Assembly (NCBI GenBank): GCA_963704165.1
Contig: CAVPHD010000004.1
Span: forward strand, 288,001-352,000
Source: an uncultured delta proteobacterium
Lineage (GTDB): Bacteria > Myxococcota_A > UBA9160 > SZUA-336
Direction of reading: 5' to 3'
DNA: 64,000 nucleotides
Shown: positions 43,601-52,896 of the stretch, one piece after another
Numbering within the stretch: the stretch's first letter is position 1
How the letters are laid out: each line of letters starts with the position of its first letter
The notes under the pieces: model-generated
Seen by the model: only the letters and a program-made list of their open reading frames with translations
Database searches by the model: none
What the model was told of the DNA's origin: nothing
Made by a program: the position numbers and the translations under genes

Positions 43601-43792
43601 GGTGACGTCCTCCTCCATCCCCTCGGGATCCGCGCCTTCGAGGTTGGCGATCACCATCACCACCGGGAATTCCATCGGTGGGAAGTGATCGACTCCGAGT
43701 CGTTCGAAGCCGAGCGCGCCCCCGACGACGAGCGCGAGCATCATCATCCACGTCAGCACCGGTCTCTGGATCGAAACGTCGGAGAGCGTCAT
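40664..43792 (-). CDS. RND efflux transporter permease (AcrB/HAE1-like)
   Basis: SI.RPV, GVVIDDAIIVLENI.RH, AVFLP, YMVLAAQFES, GLVTKNSIL.VD, R.RPVLMT. Confidence 0.96.
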   Translation of the reverse strand: MTLSDVSIQRPVLTWMMMLALVVGGALGFERLGVDHFPPMEFPVVMVIANLEGADPEGMEEDVTDVLEENLNTISGVRSLRSTTLAGVAQIFVEFELGTDLDSAIQDVRDEVAKARRMLPRDVEPPTVSKTNFDDQPVLWIPFQSTRPAVETSEYVRRHVKPMLETIEGVGGIVVFGRRDRAIRIWVDGNALSSHGLAAGDILSALRREHVDVPGGVVEGSMIEWSVRTDAEFRSVQQLERMVIAHRGEAAVYLKDVARVEDGEADVRSLARYNGVPTVGVGVRKQTGGNTVAICDEVFRRLQELRPLLPEGISIDEGSGFIDFSRSIRESVAETEFALVFGGLLAVLTVFVFLRRTRPTLIVAAAIPVSLITTFALVWLAGYTLNTMTLLGMALAIGVVIDDAIIVLENIERHREMGKNARDAAIEGTRQITFAATAATLSVSAVFLPVVFVQGIVGNFLGEFGLTVAGSVLISLFVALTLTPMLASRMPPPTERKHGGVYHSLEAGFLALERLYERALDWSISHQWSTLAIAVGSLLVACGAGTRLGTEFFPTSDRGMFFANFETPPGSTLAATLGYLEMNEAHLLVQPEIQGVFESIGTGGRDGIGRPNTGMMFATLSPSHERDRTSQDLIKEAREVLGAIPGQKIKIFDPSTMQGGGGSGAQFEVLLRGNLALTELDHHADRFIGALRERGGFVDLDKSLKLGLPEVRILPDREKAAALGIDASAVAQVVQLMVGGLDVGVFKEGGNRFDIRMRLDRGNRDTPASIEQLYVRGSGGKLTELRNLVSVETGAAPSAITRSNRQRSVTVSGNLDGKPLGAAIQDAFTAAKEVLPEDVTVSLSGSAEAMQESVRQFGTALLLGLLVIYMVLAAQFESFVHPLSVMLAVPFALVGACIGLLATGNTLNLFSMIGILLLFGLVTKNSILVVDYANQLRAEGLDKVSAMRKAAPIRMRPVLMTAISMIFGVLPAALGIGPGAETRQPMAIATAAGMTSSMLLTLLIVPVFYLKLDDAVEALRTRLRRGDSRTGAAKEARPGTRA

Positions 43793-43802
43793 GGACCGCG
43801 CG

Positions 43803-44936
43803 CTATTCCGCTTTGCTCGGCTGCCCGCGCTTTCCGCTCGCGACGTCGGGATCGAGCGCGCTGCCGTCGGCTGCACGCACCGTCACCACCGAACCGTCGA
43901 TGAGAGCCGTGTGTCCGCGGCTCACGACCTTGTCACCCAGGGTGACGCCTTCGACGATCTCGACGCGCCCGCCCTTGAATGCGCCCGTCTTCACGACGCG
44001 CCGCTCGACCCGGTTGCCTTCGACGAGACGGAAGATCACCGGACCATCGGAACGCTGGAGGATCGCCTCCTCCGGGATCATCACCACCCCGTCGCGCTGC
44101 GAGATGCCGAGGTCCGCGCGTGCGAACAACCCCGGGCGGAGCCGTGCATCGGGATTCGCGAGCGAGGCCTTCACGCGGAGCGTGCGGCTGTCCGGGTCGA
44201 TCGTGGGGGAGACGACCGTCACCGTGGCGCGGAAGACGTCGTCCGGGTAGGGCGCAACGCGCACGTCGACGATCTGCCCGATCTCGACCCGGCTCGAATC
44301 GATCTCGGCGACGCGGAACTCGACCTCGATCGGGTCGAGGGCCACGAGCTCGAACAGGCGGGTGCCGGGTTGTACGAACTCGCCGACGCTGACGAAGCGC
44401 CGAGCGATCATGCCGTCGAAAGGCGCGGTGACTTCGGCGTCGCGCTGAGCGCGCAGCGTCTCGTCGAGGCGCGCGGACGCGCCGTCGGCGCGCGAGCGTG
44501 CGAGGGCGAGCGCGGTTTCCGCCTGATCGAGCTGAGCCTGGGAAGCCACGTCGCTCTCGAAGAGCATCCTCACGCGTTCGGCCCCGCGCTTCGCATCGGC
44601 CCACGCGGCCCGGGCCTCGGCATCGACCGCGCTCGCGGCCTTCACCTCCAGGTTCCGTCGCTCCGGATCGATCTCGAGCACCCTCTGTCCGCTGGCGGCG
44701 GGCGCGCCGTCTTCCAGATACAACGCGGTGATCCGCCCACCGATCTCGGCTGCGATCGTCGCGTGATTCGGCGCGACCAACTCACCGGTCGCTTCGATTC
44801 GGTCCTCGAGATCGACCACGACGACATCGGAGAGCGCCACCATCGGTGCGTGCACCGTCGGCTCGTCACGCCCGCGCGAACATGCGAGCGCGAGCGGGGC
44901 GATGACGAAGAGCGCGAGAGCGATGCGAGAGGTCAT
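43803..44936 (-). CDS. RND periplasmic adaptor (membrane fusion) lipoprotein
   Basis: LAC lipobox, AEIGGRI, APFDG.I, G.FV.PG, LRPGLF, IPEEAI. Confidence 0.93.
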   Translation of the reverse strand: MTSRIALALFVIAPLALACSRGRDEPTVHAPMVALSDVVVVDLEDRIEATGELVAPNHATIAAEIGGRITALYLEDGAPAASGQRVLEIDPERRNLEVKAASAVDAEARAAWADAKRGAERVRMLFESDVASQAQLDQAETALALARSRADGASARLDETLRAQRDAEVTAPFDGMIARRFVSVGEFVQPGTRLFELVALDPIEVEFRVAEIDSSRVEIGQIVDVRVAPYPDDVFRATVTVVSPTIDPDSRTLRVKASLANPDARLRPGLFARADLGISQRDGVVMIPEEAILQRSDGPVIFRLVEGNRVERRVVKTGAFKGGRVEIVEGVTLGDKVVSRGHTALIDGSVVTVRAADGSALDPDVASGKRGQPSKAE

Positions 44937-45553
44937 CGGGCGGTCCTTTTCTCGGTGCCCGCGCGCAAGATGCCGCGGAGCATCGCGTCGAGTGCGACTT
45001 CGGCGAGATTCTTCGACCACGGGTAGGACGGATTGCCGATCTGGAGCGCGATGATCCCGTGCAGAAGAGCCCAGATCGACTGCTGTACGGCAACGACATC
45101 GTCGGTTTGCAGCCGGCCTGCGGCTGCGAGCACCTGGAGCGGCTCGGCCATGATCTCGCGAGTCTGCTCGGCCGCCGGCACCGTCCGCTGCTGTCCGTCG
45201 CGCGCGCCGCGCATCATCAATTGGTAGAAGGCGGGATTGCCGCGGCTGAAGCGCAAGAAGGCGCGCGCGTACTCGCGCGTGTTCTCGACCGGATCCGAAC
45301 CGAGCCGGACACGCCGAACTCGCTTCAGGAGCCGAGAGAACCGCTCCTCGAGCAGAGCGTCGATCAGTCCGTCCTTGTCGCGGAAATAGTGGTATATCGT
45401 GGGCGCCGTGAAGCCGCAGCGCGTGGCGAGCTTGCGGATCGAGAACTCCTCGATCCCGTCCTCGAGCAAGATCGCTTCCGTCGCGTCGAGAACCGCGCGG
45501 CGGGCCTCTTCGCGGTGGCGTGAGCGGCGGACTTCGGAGGGTTGGGTTTCCAT
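44933..45553 (-). CDS. TetR family regulator with WHG-type C-terminal domain
   Basis: FSIRKLA..CG.TAPTIYHYF.DK HTH; IWALLHG. Confidence 0.92.
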   Translation of the reverse strand: METQPSEVRRSRHREEARRAVLDATEAILLEDGIEEFSIRKLATRCGFTAPTIYHYFRDKDGLIDALLEERFSRLLKRVRRVRLGSDPVENTREYARAFLRFSRGNPAFYQLMMRGARDGQQRTVPAAEQTREIMAEPLQVLAAAGRLQTDDVVAVQQSIWALLHGIIALQIGNPSYPWSKNLAEVALDAMLRGILRAGTEKRTAR

Positions 45554-45570
45554 GGAACGGCGTGCAAGAC

Positions 45571-45587
45571 CTATAACGGTGTTATGG
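45571..45587. promoter_or_regulatory. Inverted repeat, putative TetR operator
   Basis: ctATAAC-GGT-GTTATgg, 18 nt upstream of the tetR ATG in the divergent intergenic region. Confidence 0.65.
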
Positions 45588-45653
45588 ACGCGCGATCCGG
45601 TGTATACCATCGCCATGGCCGAAGTCAAAACGCCCTCGGAATAGGTCGATCGC

Positions 45654-46814
45654 GTGCCCCTCGAGCTCACCGCGCGCGCCCGCGCATCCCGAACCTCGCC
45701 GATCCGCAGCATGACCGCGGAGTGCGCGCGCGTCGGTGGCATCAATCTCGCCCAGGGCGTCTGCGACACCCCGGTTCCCGAGCCGGTTCGACGCGCTGCG
45801 CGGTCGGCGATCGAGGAGGGCGCGAACAGCTACTCGCGCTCGGAGGGGTTGTCGGAGCTGCGGCGCGCGCTCGCCTCGAAAATGCGCCGCGACAACGAGC
45901 TCGACTGCGATCCGGACGCCGAGATCGTCGTCACCAGCGGGGCGACCGCGGCCTTCTACGTCGTCTGCCAGGCGCTTCTCGAGCCGGGAGACGAGGTGGT
46001 CCTGTTCGAGCCGTACTACGGCTACCACCGCAACACGCTCGAGGCGCTCGGGGTCGTCCCCCGCTACGTCACGCTCCGCGGCCCCGACTTCGCGTTGCCT
46101 CTGGGCGAGCTCGAGATCGCACTCTCCAAGCGAACGCGCGCGATCGTCGTCAACACGCCCGGAAATCCCTCGGGCAAGGTGTTCACGCGCGCCGAGCTGG
46201 AGGCGCTCGGCGCGATCGCCCGGGAGCGGGACATCTTCCTGCTCACCGACGAGGTCTACGAGCACTTCGTGTACGGCGGACGCCGGCATCTGAGCCCGGC
46301 GTCGCTGCCGGGCCTGCGCGAGCGCACGATCACGATGAACGCGCTCTCGAAGACGTTCGCGGTCACCGGCTGGCGGATCGGCTGGATCGCGGCCGACCGT
46401 CGCTTCGCCGAGGCCTTCACCCACCTGCACGATCTGGTGTACGTCTGCGCGCCCACGCCGCTGCAGCTCGGCTGCGCGCGCGGGCTCGATCAGCTGTCCC
46501 CCGAGTACTACGCCTCGATCGCCGTCGAGTACGAGCGCAAGCGCGATCAGCTCTGCCGGGCGCTCGCCTCCGCCGGACTCGCTCCGCAGGTGCCGCAGGG
46601 CTCGTACTTCGCGCTCGCGGACATCTCGCGCCTGCCCGGTTCGAACGGCGACGAACGCGCGCTCGCGCTCCTTCGCGCGTCGGGTGTCGCGTGCGTCCCC
46701 GGTACCGCATTCTGGCGCGATGGCGATGCGCACCGTCTCGGTCGGTTCTGCTTCGGCAAGACCGAACCCGATCTCGAGGAAGCGTGTCGGAGACTCACAA
46801 ACCTGCAGGTTTGA
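45654..46814 (+). CDS. PLP-dependent class I/II aminotransferase
   Basis: INLAQG, TSGAT, NTPGNPSG, DEVYE, SKTF.VTGWRIG, RFCF.K. Confidence 0.94.
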   Translation: MPLELTARARASRTSPIRSMTAECARVGGINLAQGVCDTPVPEPVRRAARSAIEEGANSYSRSEGLSELRRALASKMRRDNELDCDPDAEIVVTSGATAAFYVVCQALLEPGDEVVLFEPYYGYHRNTLEALGVVPRYVTLRGPDFALPLGELEIALSKRTRAIVVNTPGNPSGKVFTRAELEALGAIARERDIFLLTDEVYEHFVYGGRRHLSPASLPGLRERTITMNALSKTFAVTGWRIGWIAADRRFAEAFTHLHDLVYVCAPTPLQLGCARGLDQLSPEYYASIAVEYERKRDQLCRALASAGLAPQVPQGSYFALADISRLPGSNGDERALALLRASGVACVPGTAFWRDGDAHRLGRFCFGKTEPDLEEACRRLTNLQV

Positions 46815-46839
46815 CGGTTTCTTCGGACTCGACTAGAGT
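46811..46839 (+). promoter_or_regulatory. Sigma70 promoter of the tetR-SDR-hydratase-thiolase operon (TTGACG-N17-TAGAGT)
   Basis: Near-consensus hexamers with 17-nt spacing, overlapping the aminotransferase stop. Confidence 0.65.
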
Positions 46840-46869
46840 GCGGCCGCGTTCATCCCACCCGAGGTCCGC

Positions 46870-47529
46870 TTGCCCCCCTCCACCCGAGAAGCGCGCGCAC
46901 GCGTGCCGCGCGTGCGCCGCACGCAGGAAGAACGCAGCGCCGACACACGCGCGCGCCTGCTCGACGCGACCGTCGCGTCCCTGGTCGAGGTCGGCTACGC
47001 GGCCACCACGACCACGGCGGTCTGTGCGCGGGTGGGCCTCTCGCGCGGCGCGCAGCTCCATCACTTCCCGACGCGCGACGATCTCGTCATCCACGCCGTG
47101 GCTCACCTCGCGAAGCGCCGCGCGGACGAGGTTCGTCGCGATCTGAAGCCGTCGGACGGCGCGCCCGACCGGCTCGCCCGCGCGCTCGATGCCGTCTGGG
47201 CCAGCTTCTCGGGGCCGCTCTTCTACGCCGCCCTCGAGCTCTGGGTCGCGGCGCGGAGCGACGCGCAGCTGCGCACGAACCTTCTGCGGTTCGAACGCGG
47301 CGTCGGCCGCGAAATGGCGAAGCTCTTTCGCGAGATGGCCGGGTCCGAGGCCTCGCGCGCTCCCCACTTCGAAGATCTGCTCGAGCTCACCTTCCACGTG
47401 ATGCGCGGCATGGCAATGCAGCGAATCCTGCGCGACGACGATTCACAGCGGCGACGGCTCTTCGAACTCTGGAAGAAGCTGGTGTCCGCTTGCCTCGAAT
47501 CCCCCGTACAGAAGGAGACAAAGCGATGA
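46870..47529 (+). CDS. TetR family transcriptional regulator (start 46870 or 46903)
   Basis: RRTQEERS..TR.RLLDA, GLSRGAQLHHFPT, ELWVAAR.D..LR. Confidence 0.92.
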   Translation: MPPSTREARARVPRVRRTQEERSADTRARLLDATVASLVEVGYAATTTTAVCARVGLSRGAQLHHFPTRDDLVIHAVAHLAKRRADEVRRDLKPSDGAPDRLARALDAVWASFSGPLFYAALELWVAARSDAQLRTNLLRFERGVGREMAKLFREMAGSEASRAPHFEDLLELTFHVMRGMAMQRILRDDDSQRRRLFELWKKLVSACLESPVQKETKR

Positions 47530-48431
47530 GCGAGATTCGCTTCGATGGACGCGTTGCCGTCATCACCGGCGCGGGTGGTGGCCTCGGGAAGACATACGCG
47601 CTCGAGCTCGCTCGGCGCGGCGCGCACGTGGTCGTGAACGACCTCGGCGGCGCGCCCGACGGCAGCGGCAAGTCGAGTTCGATGGCCGACGTGACGGTGA
47701 ACGAGATCAAGGCTGCCGGCGGAAACGCGGTCGCGAACTACGACACCGTCGCGACGCCCGCGGGCGGCGAGGCGATCATCAAGACCGCGATCGACTCGTT
47801 CGGTCGTGTGGACATCGTGATCAACAACGCCGGCATCCTGCGCGACAAGAGCTTCGTGAAGCTCGAGCCGCAGGATCTCGAGATCGTCCTCGACGTGCAC
47901 CTGAAGGGCGCCTTCTACGTCTCGCAGCCCGCCTTCCGGGTGATGAAGGAGCAGAACTACGGGCGCTTCCTCTTCACCGCGTCGGCGGCGGGCATCTTCG
48001 GCAACTTCGGGCAGACCAACTACGGCGCCGCGAAGATGGGAACCGTGGGGCTGTCGAACGTGCTCGCGGTCGAAGGCGCGAAGAACAACATCAAGTCGAA
48101 CGTGATCGCGCCGATCGCGCGGACGCGGCTCACCGAGAACCTGCTCGGGCCGATCGCGAGCGCTCTCGATCCCGCGACGGTGACACCGCTCTCGTGCTAC
48201 CTCGTGTCGGAGGCGTGCGAGCTGAGCCACGAGGTCTTCTCCGTCGGCGGCGGGCGCTTCGCGAGGATCTTCGTCGGCCTCGGGCCGGGATGGTTCGCGG
48301 GCAAGGGGAAGGTGGTCTCGCTCGAAGACGTGCGCGACAACCTCGAGCAGATCATGGACGAGAAGGGCTACACCGTGCCCAAGAACATCGGCGACGAGAT
48401 GCGACTCATTGCCAAAGATCTGATGGGATAG
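47526..48431 (+). CDS. SDR, MFE-2-like (3R)-hydroxyacyl-CoA dehydrogenase
   Basis: RFDGRVA.ITGAGGGLG, VVVNDLGG, NNAGILRD, GNFGQ.NYGAAK. Confidence 0.92.
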   Translation: MSEIRFDGRVAVITGAGGGLGKTYALELARRGAHVVVNDLGGAPDGSGKSSSMADVTVNEIKAAGGNAVANYDTVATPAGGEAIIKTAIDSFGRVDIVINNAGILRDKSFVKLEPQDLEIVLDVHLKGAFYVSQPAFRVMKEQNYGRFLFTASAAGIFGNFGQTNYGAAKMGTVGLSNVLAVEGAKNNIKSNVIAPIARTRLTENLLGPIASALDPATVTPLSCYLVSEACELSHEVFSVGGGRFARIFVGLGPGWFAGKGKVVSLEDVRDNLEQIMDEKGYTVPKNIGDEMRLIAKDLMG

Positions 48432-48440
48432 GAGAGAGAC

Positions 48441-49298
48441 ATGCCGATCGATCTCGAGAAAGCGCGGGGTGCCAAGCTCGCCACCACCACCGGTGAGTGG
48501 GGCCCGGATCAGGTGATCCTCTACCACCTCGGAATCGGTGCGGGCATGGGGAAGCCGACCGATCCGAAGGAGCTCGAGTACACCTACGAGAAGAGCCTGA
48601 AGGTGCTGCCGAGCTACGGCGTGATCCCCGTCTTCGGTGCGGTTGGCGGGATGGCGGGCGTGCCCGGCATCCAGATCAACTTCGCGCTCGTGCTGCACGG
48701 AGAACAGGACATCGAGATCCACCGCCCCATTCCGGTGCGCGCGAAGATCGAGAGTTCGGGCCGGATCGCGGGGATCTACGACAAGGGCAAGGCTGCGCTG
48801 ATCGTGATCGAGGTCGAGACGCGCGAGACCGGTGGCGAGAAGCTCTTCACCAATCGGTTCTCGATCTTCGCCCGCGGAGAGGGCGGCTTCGGCGGCGACT
48901 CGGGTCCGAAGGCCGGCAACGACGCGCCGACGCGTGCGCCCGATGCGGTCGTCGAGTCGGTGACGGTCCCGCACCAGGCGCTGCTCTACCGCCTGTCGGG
49001 CGACAAGAACCCGCTGCATGCCGACCCCGCCTTCGCCAAGCTCGGCGGTTTCGACAAGCCGATCCTGCACGGGCTGTGCTCGTTCGGAATCGTCTGCAAG
49101 GCGGTCGTCGACGAGCTTCTCGACGGGGACGTGTCGCGCGTCGCGCGCTATCAGGTGCGCTTCGCGGGCGTGGTCTTCCCAGGGGAGACGATCGAGACCT
49201 CGATGTGGCGTGACGGGAACAAGATCCTGATCGCGGCAAAGTCCAAGGAACGCGGCGCGCCGGTGATCAGCAACGCCGCCATCACGCTTCGGGCGTAG
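48441..49298 (+). CDS. MaoC double hot-dog enoyl-CoA hydratase 2
   Basis: LHGEQ, hydratase-2 motif YRLSGDKNPLHADP, PILHGLC. Confidence 0.92.
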   Translation: MPIDLEKARGAKLATTTGEWGPDQVILYHLGIGAGMGKPTDPKELEYTYEKSLKVLPSYGVIPVFGAVGGMAGVPGIQINFALVLHGEQDIEIHRPIPVRAKIESSGRIAGIYDKGKAALIVIEVETRETGGEKLFTNRFSIFARGEGGFGGDSGPKAGNDAPTRAPDAVVESVTVPHQALLYRLSGDKNPLHADPAFAKLGGFDKPILHGLCSFGIVCKAVVDELLDGDVSRVARYQVRFAGVVFPGETIETSMWRDGNKILIAAKSKERGAPVISNAAITLRA

Positions 49299-49310
49299 GG
49301 AGAAACGGAA

Positions 49311-50507
49311 ATGGGTCGCAAGGTATTCGTGGTCGGCGTCGGCATGACGAAGTTCGAGAAGCCCGGATCGAAGGCGTGGGACTACCCGGACATGGGCCGC
49401 GAAGCCGGCCAGAAGGCGCTCGCCGATGCCGGCGTTCCGTTCGACGCCATCGAGCAGGCCGCCGTCGGCTACTGCTACGGTGACTCGACGGCCGGTGAGC
49501 GCGCGTTCTACGAGCTCGGACTCTCGGGCATTCCGATCTACAACGTGAACAACAACTGCTCCACCGGATCGACGGCGCTCTTCATGGCGAAGCAGCTCGT
49601 CGAGGGCGGCCTCGCGGAGTGCACGATGGCACTCGGCTTCGAGAAGATGGAGAAGGGGTCGCTCGGCATCAAATACACCGATCGCACCACGCCGATGGAC
49701 AAGCACTTCAAGCTGATGGTCGAGGAGCGCGGCTTCGCCAAGGCTCCCGCCGCGCCGCAGATGTTCGGCAACGCCGGCCTCGAGCACAACGAGCGCTACG
49801 GCACGACGCCGCTGCACTTCGCCAAGATCGGCTGGAAGAACCACAAGCACTCGGTGAACAACCCGTACTCGCAGTTCCAGGACGAGTACACGCTCGAGCA
49901 GATCCTGGCTTCGCCGCAGGTCTACGGCCCGCTCACGAAGCTCCAGTGCTGCCCGACCTCGGACGGCGGCGGCGCCGCGGTGCTCGCGAGCGAGGACTTC
50001 GTGCGCAAGCACAAGCTCGAGGCGAAGGCGGTCGAGATCCTCGGCATGGCGATGGCGACCGACATGCCGAGCACCTTCGACGAGAAGAGCATGATCAAGC
50101 TCGTCGGTTCCGACCTGACCAAGAAGGCCGCCGGGAAGGTCTACACGCAGTCGGGGCTCGGCCCCGAGAACGTCGACGTGGTCGAGCTTCACGACTGCTT
50201 CTCGTGCAACGAGCTGATCACCTACGAGGGCCTCGGCCTCTGCCCCGAGGGCAAGGCCGGCGAGTTCGTGGACTCGGGCGCCAACACCTACGGCGGCAAG
50301 GTCGTGGTGAATCCGTCGGGTGGGCTGATCTCGAAGGGCCATCCGCTCGGCGCCACCGGCCTCGCCCAGTGTGCCGAGCTGACCTGGCAGTTGCGCGGCG
50401 AAGCGCAGAAGCGCCAGGTCGCGGGTGCGAAGGTCGCGTTGCAGCACAACCTGGGTCTCGGCGGTGCGGCGGTGGTCGCGATGTACCGCAAAGCGCAGAT
50501 TGCCTGA
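49311..50507 (+). CDS. SCP-x type thiolase (lipid-transfer protein family)
   Basis: [50 protein letters not shown]. Confidence 0.94.
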   Translation: MGRKVFVVGVGMTKFEKPGSKAWDYPDMGREAGQKALADAGVPFDAIEQAAVGYCYGDSTAGERAFYELGLSGIPIYNVNNNCSTGSTALFMAKQLVEGGLAECTMALGFEKMEKGSLGIKYTDRTTPMDKHFKLMVEERGFAKAPAAPQMFGNAGLEHNERYGTTPLHFAKIGWKNHKHSVNNPYSQFQDEYTLEQILASPQVYGPLTKLQCCPTSDGGGAAVLASEDFVRKHKLEAKAVEILGMAMATDMPSTFDEKSMIKLVGSDLTKKAAGKVYTQSGLGPENVDVVELHDCFSCNELITYEGLGLCPEGKAGEFVDSGANTYGGKVVVNPSGGLISKGHPLGATGLAQCAELTWQLRGEAQKRQVAGAKVALQHNLGLGGAAVVAMYRKAQIA

Positions 50508-50510
50508 TGC

Positions 50511-51989
50511 GTGAACGGTAGGCGGTCGGATCCAGAGCGCGACGACCCGTCCGATCCGGAGATCGGTCTCGGGGCGAATCCAGCGGGGGCGGTTGCCGTC
50601 GCTGCGGGTGCCCCCACGCGCGATGCGCGCTACCGACGGACGGACCGTGACATCGTCCGGCTCGCCTGGCCGGCCATCATCTCGCAGGTACTCGCGAGCG
50701 CCGTATCGCTGATCGACATCGCGATGCTCGGTCGGCTCGGCACCGATGCGCTCGCCGCCGTCGGATACACGTCCCAGTTCTTCCAGCTCGCGCAAGCCGC
50801 GCTGCTCGCGCTCTCGGTCGCTTGCGTGGCGCTGATGGCACGCGCACTCGGCGCGGGGGAACCGGAGCGCGCGCGCGGCGCGTTCGCCGCGTCGCTCGTG
50901 CTCGCCATCGGTTCGGCGGTCGCGATCTGCGTCGTCTCGATCGTGTTCCCGAGAGCGCTTCTCGGCATGCTCAATGCGGACCCCGGGGTGATCGACCGAG
51001 CCGTTCCGTACTTCCGTCTCACGCTGGGCTCGACGATCCTGCTCGCCGTCTCACTTACGATCGAGAGCGCCTTCCGATCCGCGCGCAACACCACCACTCC
51101 GCTCCTGATCGCGGGCGTGGTCACGGTCGTGAAGCTCGCGCTGAACTGGCTGCTGATCTTCGGGACGCTCGGATTCCCGCGTCTGGACCTCGTCGGTGCC
51201 GGACTTGCGACGATCGGCGCGCAGCTCGTCGGTGTCGCTCTCTTCCTCGCGGCGACGCTTCGACGAAACCGACCTGAGTCGCAGGCGGTGCGGCTGCGCC
51301 GAGCCGACTTCGCGAACGTTCGCGCGTTCCTGCCCGAGACCGCACGCGTGTCATGGCCCGCGCTTGGCGAACGCGTGCTGCTGAACAGCGCGCTCCTGAT
51401 CTACTTCTGGGTGCTCTCGGATTACGGCCCGGCCGCGATCGCGGCCTATACGATCGGGGTCCGCCTGCTCTCGTTCTCCTGGATTCCGGGCGTGGGCATC
51501 TCGATCGCCGCGTCGACGCTCGTCGGTCAGGCGCTCGGCGCGAGTGACGCGCGGCTCGCCGCGCGTGCCGGCTGGCGCAGTGCACGGCTCTCCCTGTTGA
51601 TCTCGCTGGTTCTCTTCGTCGTCTTCGCACTCGCGAGCCGGACGCTCGCGGAGAGCTTCACGAGCGACGCGGAGGTGGTGGCTGCACTCGTGCCATTCAT
51701 GCTGCTGCTCGGAATCGCGCAACCCTTCCTCGGCGTGCATTTCACGCTGGCCGGCGCGCTGCGAGGCGCGGGCGACACCGTCACACCGCTCCTGTCGGCC
51801 ACGCTGGGCAACTGGGTCTTTCGCGTCCCACTCGCGCTCGTCGCGGCCAAGATCCTCCACGCCGACCTCGTCTGGATCTGGGCGACGCTGGTCTTCGATC
51901 ACGTGACGCGCGCTCTCTGGCTGACCTGGTCGTTCCGACGCGGACGCTGGGCGGAGAAGCTCGGTTCAGGGCTGGGCAAAGCCGACTGA
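50511..51989 (+). CDS. MATE family efflux transporter
   Basis: LAWP, LG.DALAAVG, LNWLLIFG, GAGLAT, TLVGQALG, LRGAGDT. Confidence 0.92.
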   Translation: MNGRRSDPERDDPSDPEIGLGANPAGAVAVAAGAPTRDARYRRTDRDIVRLAWPAIISQVLASAVSLIDIAMLGRLGTDALAAVGYTSQFFQLAQAALLALSVACVALMARALGAGEPERARGAFAASLVLAIGSAVAICVVSIVFPRALLGMLNADPGVIDRAVPYFRLTLGSTILLAVSLTIESAFRSARNTTTPLLIAGVVTVVKLALNWLLIFGTLGFPRLDLVGAGLATIGAQLVGVALFLAATLRRNRPESQAVRLRRADFANVRAFLPETARVSWPALGERVLLNSALLIYFWVLSDYGPAAIAAYTIGVRLLSFSWIPGVGISIAASTLVGQALGASDARLAARAGWRSARLSLLISLVLFVVFALASRTLAESFTSDAEVVAALVPFMLLLGIAQPFLGVHFTLAGALRGAGDTVTPLLSATLGNWVFRVPLALVAAKILHADLVWIWATLVFDHVTRALWLTWSFRRGRWAEKLGSGLGKAD

Positions 51990-52018
51990 TCGGGCAAACT
52001 ACATTCTGGAGGCGAGAC

Positions 52019-52426
52019 GTGGCGAACGCGGACTGGAAGAAGCTCCTCTCACCCGAGGCTTTCGCGGTTCTCTTCGACGAGGCGACGGAGCGAGCCGGGT
52101 CGAGCCCGCTCAACGCAGAGAAGCGCCGCGGCCGGTTCGTCTGCGCCGCCTGCTTCCTCCCGCTCTTCTCCTCGGACGCGAAGTACGAGAGCGGTACGGG
52201 CTGGCCGAGCTTCTTCGAGCCGGTCGCGGGGAACATCGCGACGAAGCGCGACTGGAAACTCATCCTGCCGCGAACCGAGTACCACTGCGCGGGCTGCGGC
52301 GGACACCAAGGGCACGTCTTCGACGACGGACCGGCACCGACGGGGCAACGCTACTGCAACAACGGCGTCGCGCTGCTCTTCGTGCCCGAGGGTGAACCGG
52401 TGCCGGATCCGCGGAAGGTCGGATGA
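52019..52426 (+). CDS. msrB: Peptide-methionine (R)-S-oxide reductase
   Basis: ATER, CAAC, SGTGWPSF, RTE..C..C.GH.GHVF.DGP.PTG.RYC.N. Confidence 0.96.
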   Translation: MANADWKKLLSPEAFAVLFDEATERAGSSPLNAEKRRGRFVCAACFLPLFSSDAKYESGTGWPSFFEPVAGNIATKRDWKLILPRTEYHCAGCGGHQGHVFDDGPAPTGQRYCNNGVALLFVPEGEPVPDPRKVG

Positions 52427-52896
52427 CCGCACCCGTTGCGAACGAGCGACTCGAGCTCGACCTGCGCGCGAAGGAGAAGCGGGTCTACGACCGCATGCGC
52501 GCCCTCGTCGTCAAGCTCGAGCCCGGGGCGGGCGCGGGGCTGCGGGATCTGCTGCTCTTTCTGCCCGACCTGGTCGTGCTCTTGTTGCGACTCACGCGCG
52601 ATCCGCGCGTGCCGGCCGGCGCGAAAGCCGTGGCCGTCGTCGGGATCGGCTACGCGCTGTCACCGATCGATCTGCTTCCCGAGATCTTCTTCGGACCGAT
52701 CGGCTTCCTGGACGATCTTCTGATCGCCGCCGCGGCCGTTTCCTACGTCGTGAATCGGGTCCATCCGGATCTCGTGCGCGCGCACTGGTCCGGCCCGGGT
52801 GATCTGCTCGACGTCTTGAAATCGACGCTCGGGTGGTCCGAGAAGCTCCTCGGCAAAACGCTCTCGCGCGTGATCGGATTCCGCGAGAAGAGCTGA
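52423..52896 (+). CDS. DUF1232/YkvA family membrane protein
   Basis: DPRVP, YALSPIDLLPE, GFLDD. Confidence 0.88.
   Translation: MTAPVANERLELDLRAKEKRVYDRMRALVVKLEPGAGAGLRDLLLFLPDLVVLLLRLTRDPRVPAGAKAVAVVGIGYALSPIDLLPEIFFGPIGFLDDLLIAAAAVSYVVNRVHPDLVRAHWSGPGDLLDVLKSTLGWSEKLLGKTLSRVIGFREKS

Noticed and set aside
40641..43751. 1036-aa Arg/Ala/Gly-rich ORF overlapping the RND gene on the same strand
   Set aside because: Out-of-frame translation of the RND permease with low-complexity composition
47223..50795. 1190-aa minus-strand ORF, and similar long antisense ORFs such as 53099-55051, 57438-59075 and 42212-43903
   Set aside because: Shadow frames of well-supported genes on the opposite strand; expected in high-GC DNA and without motifs
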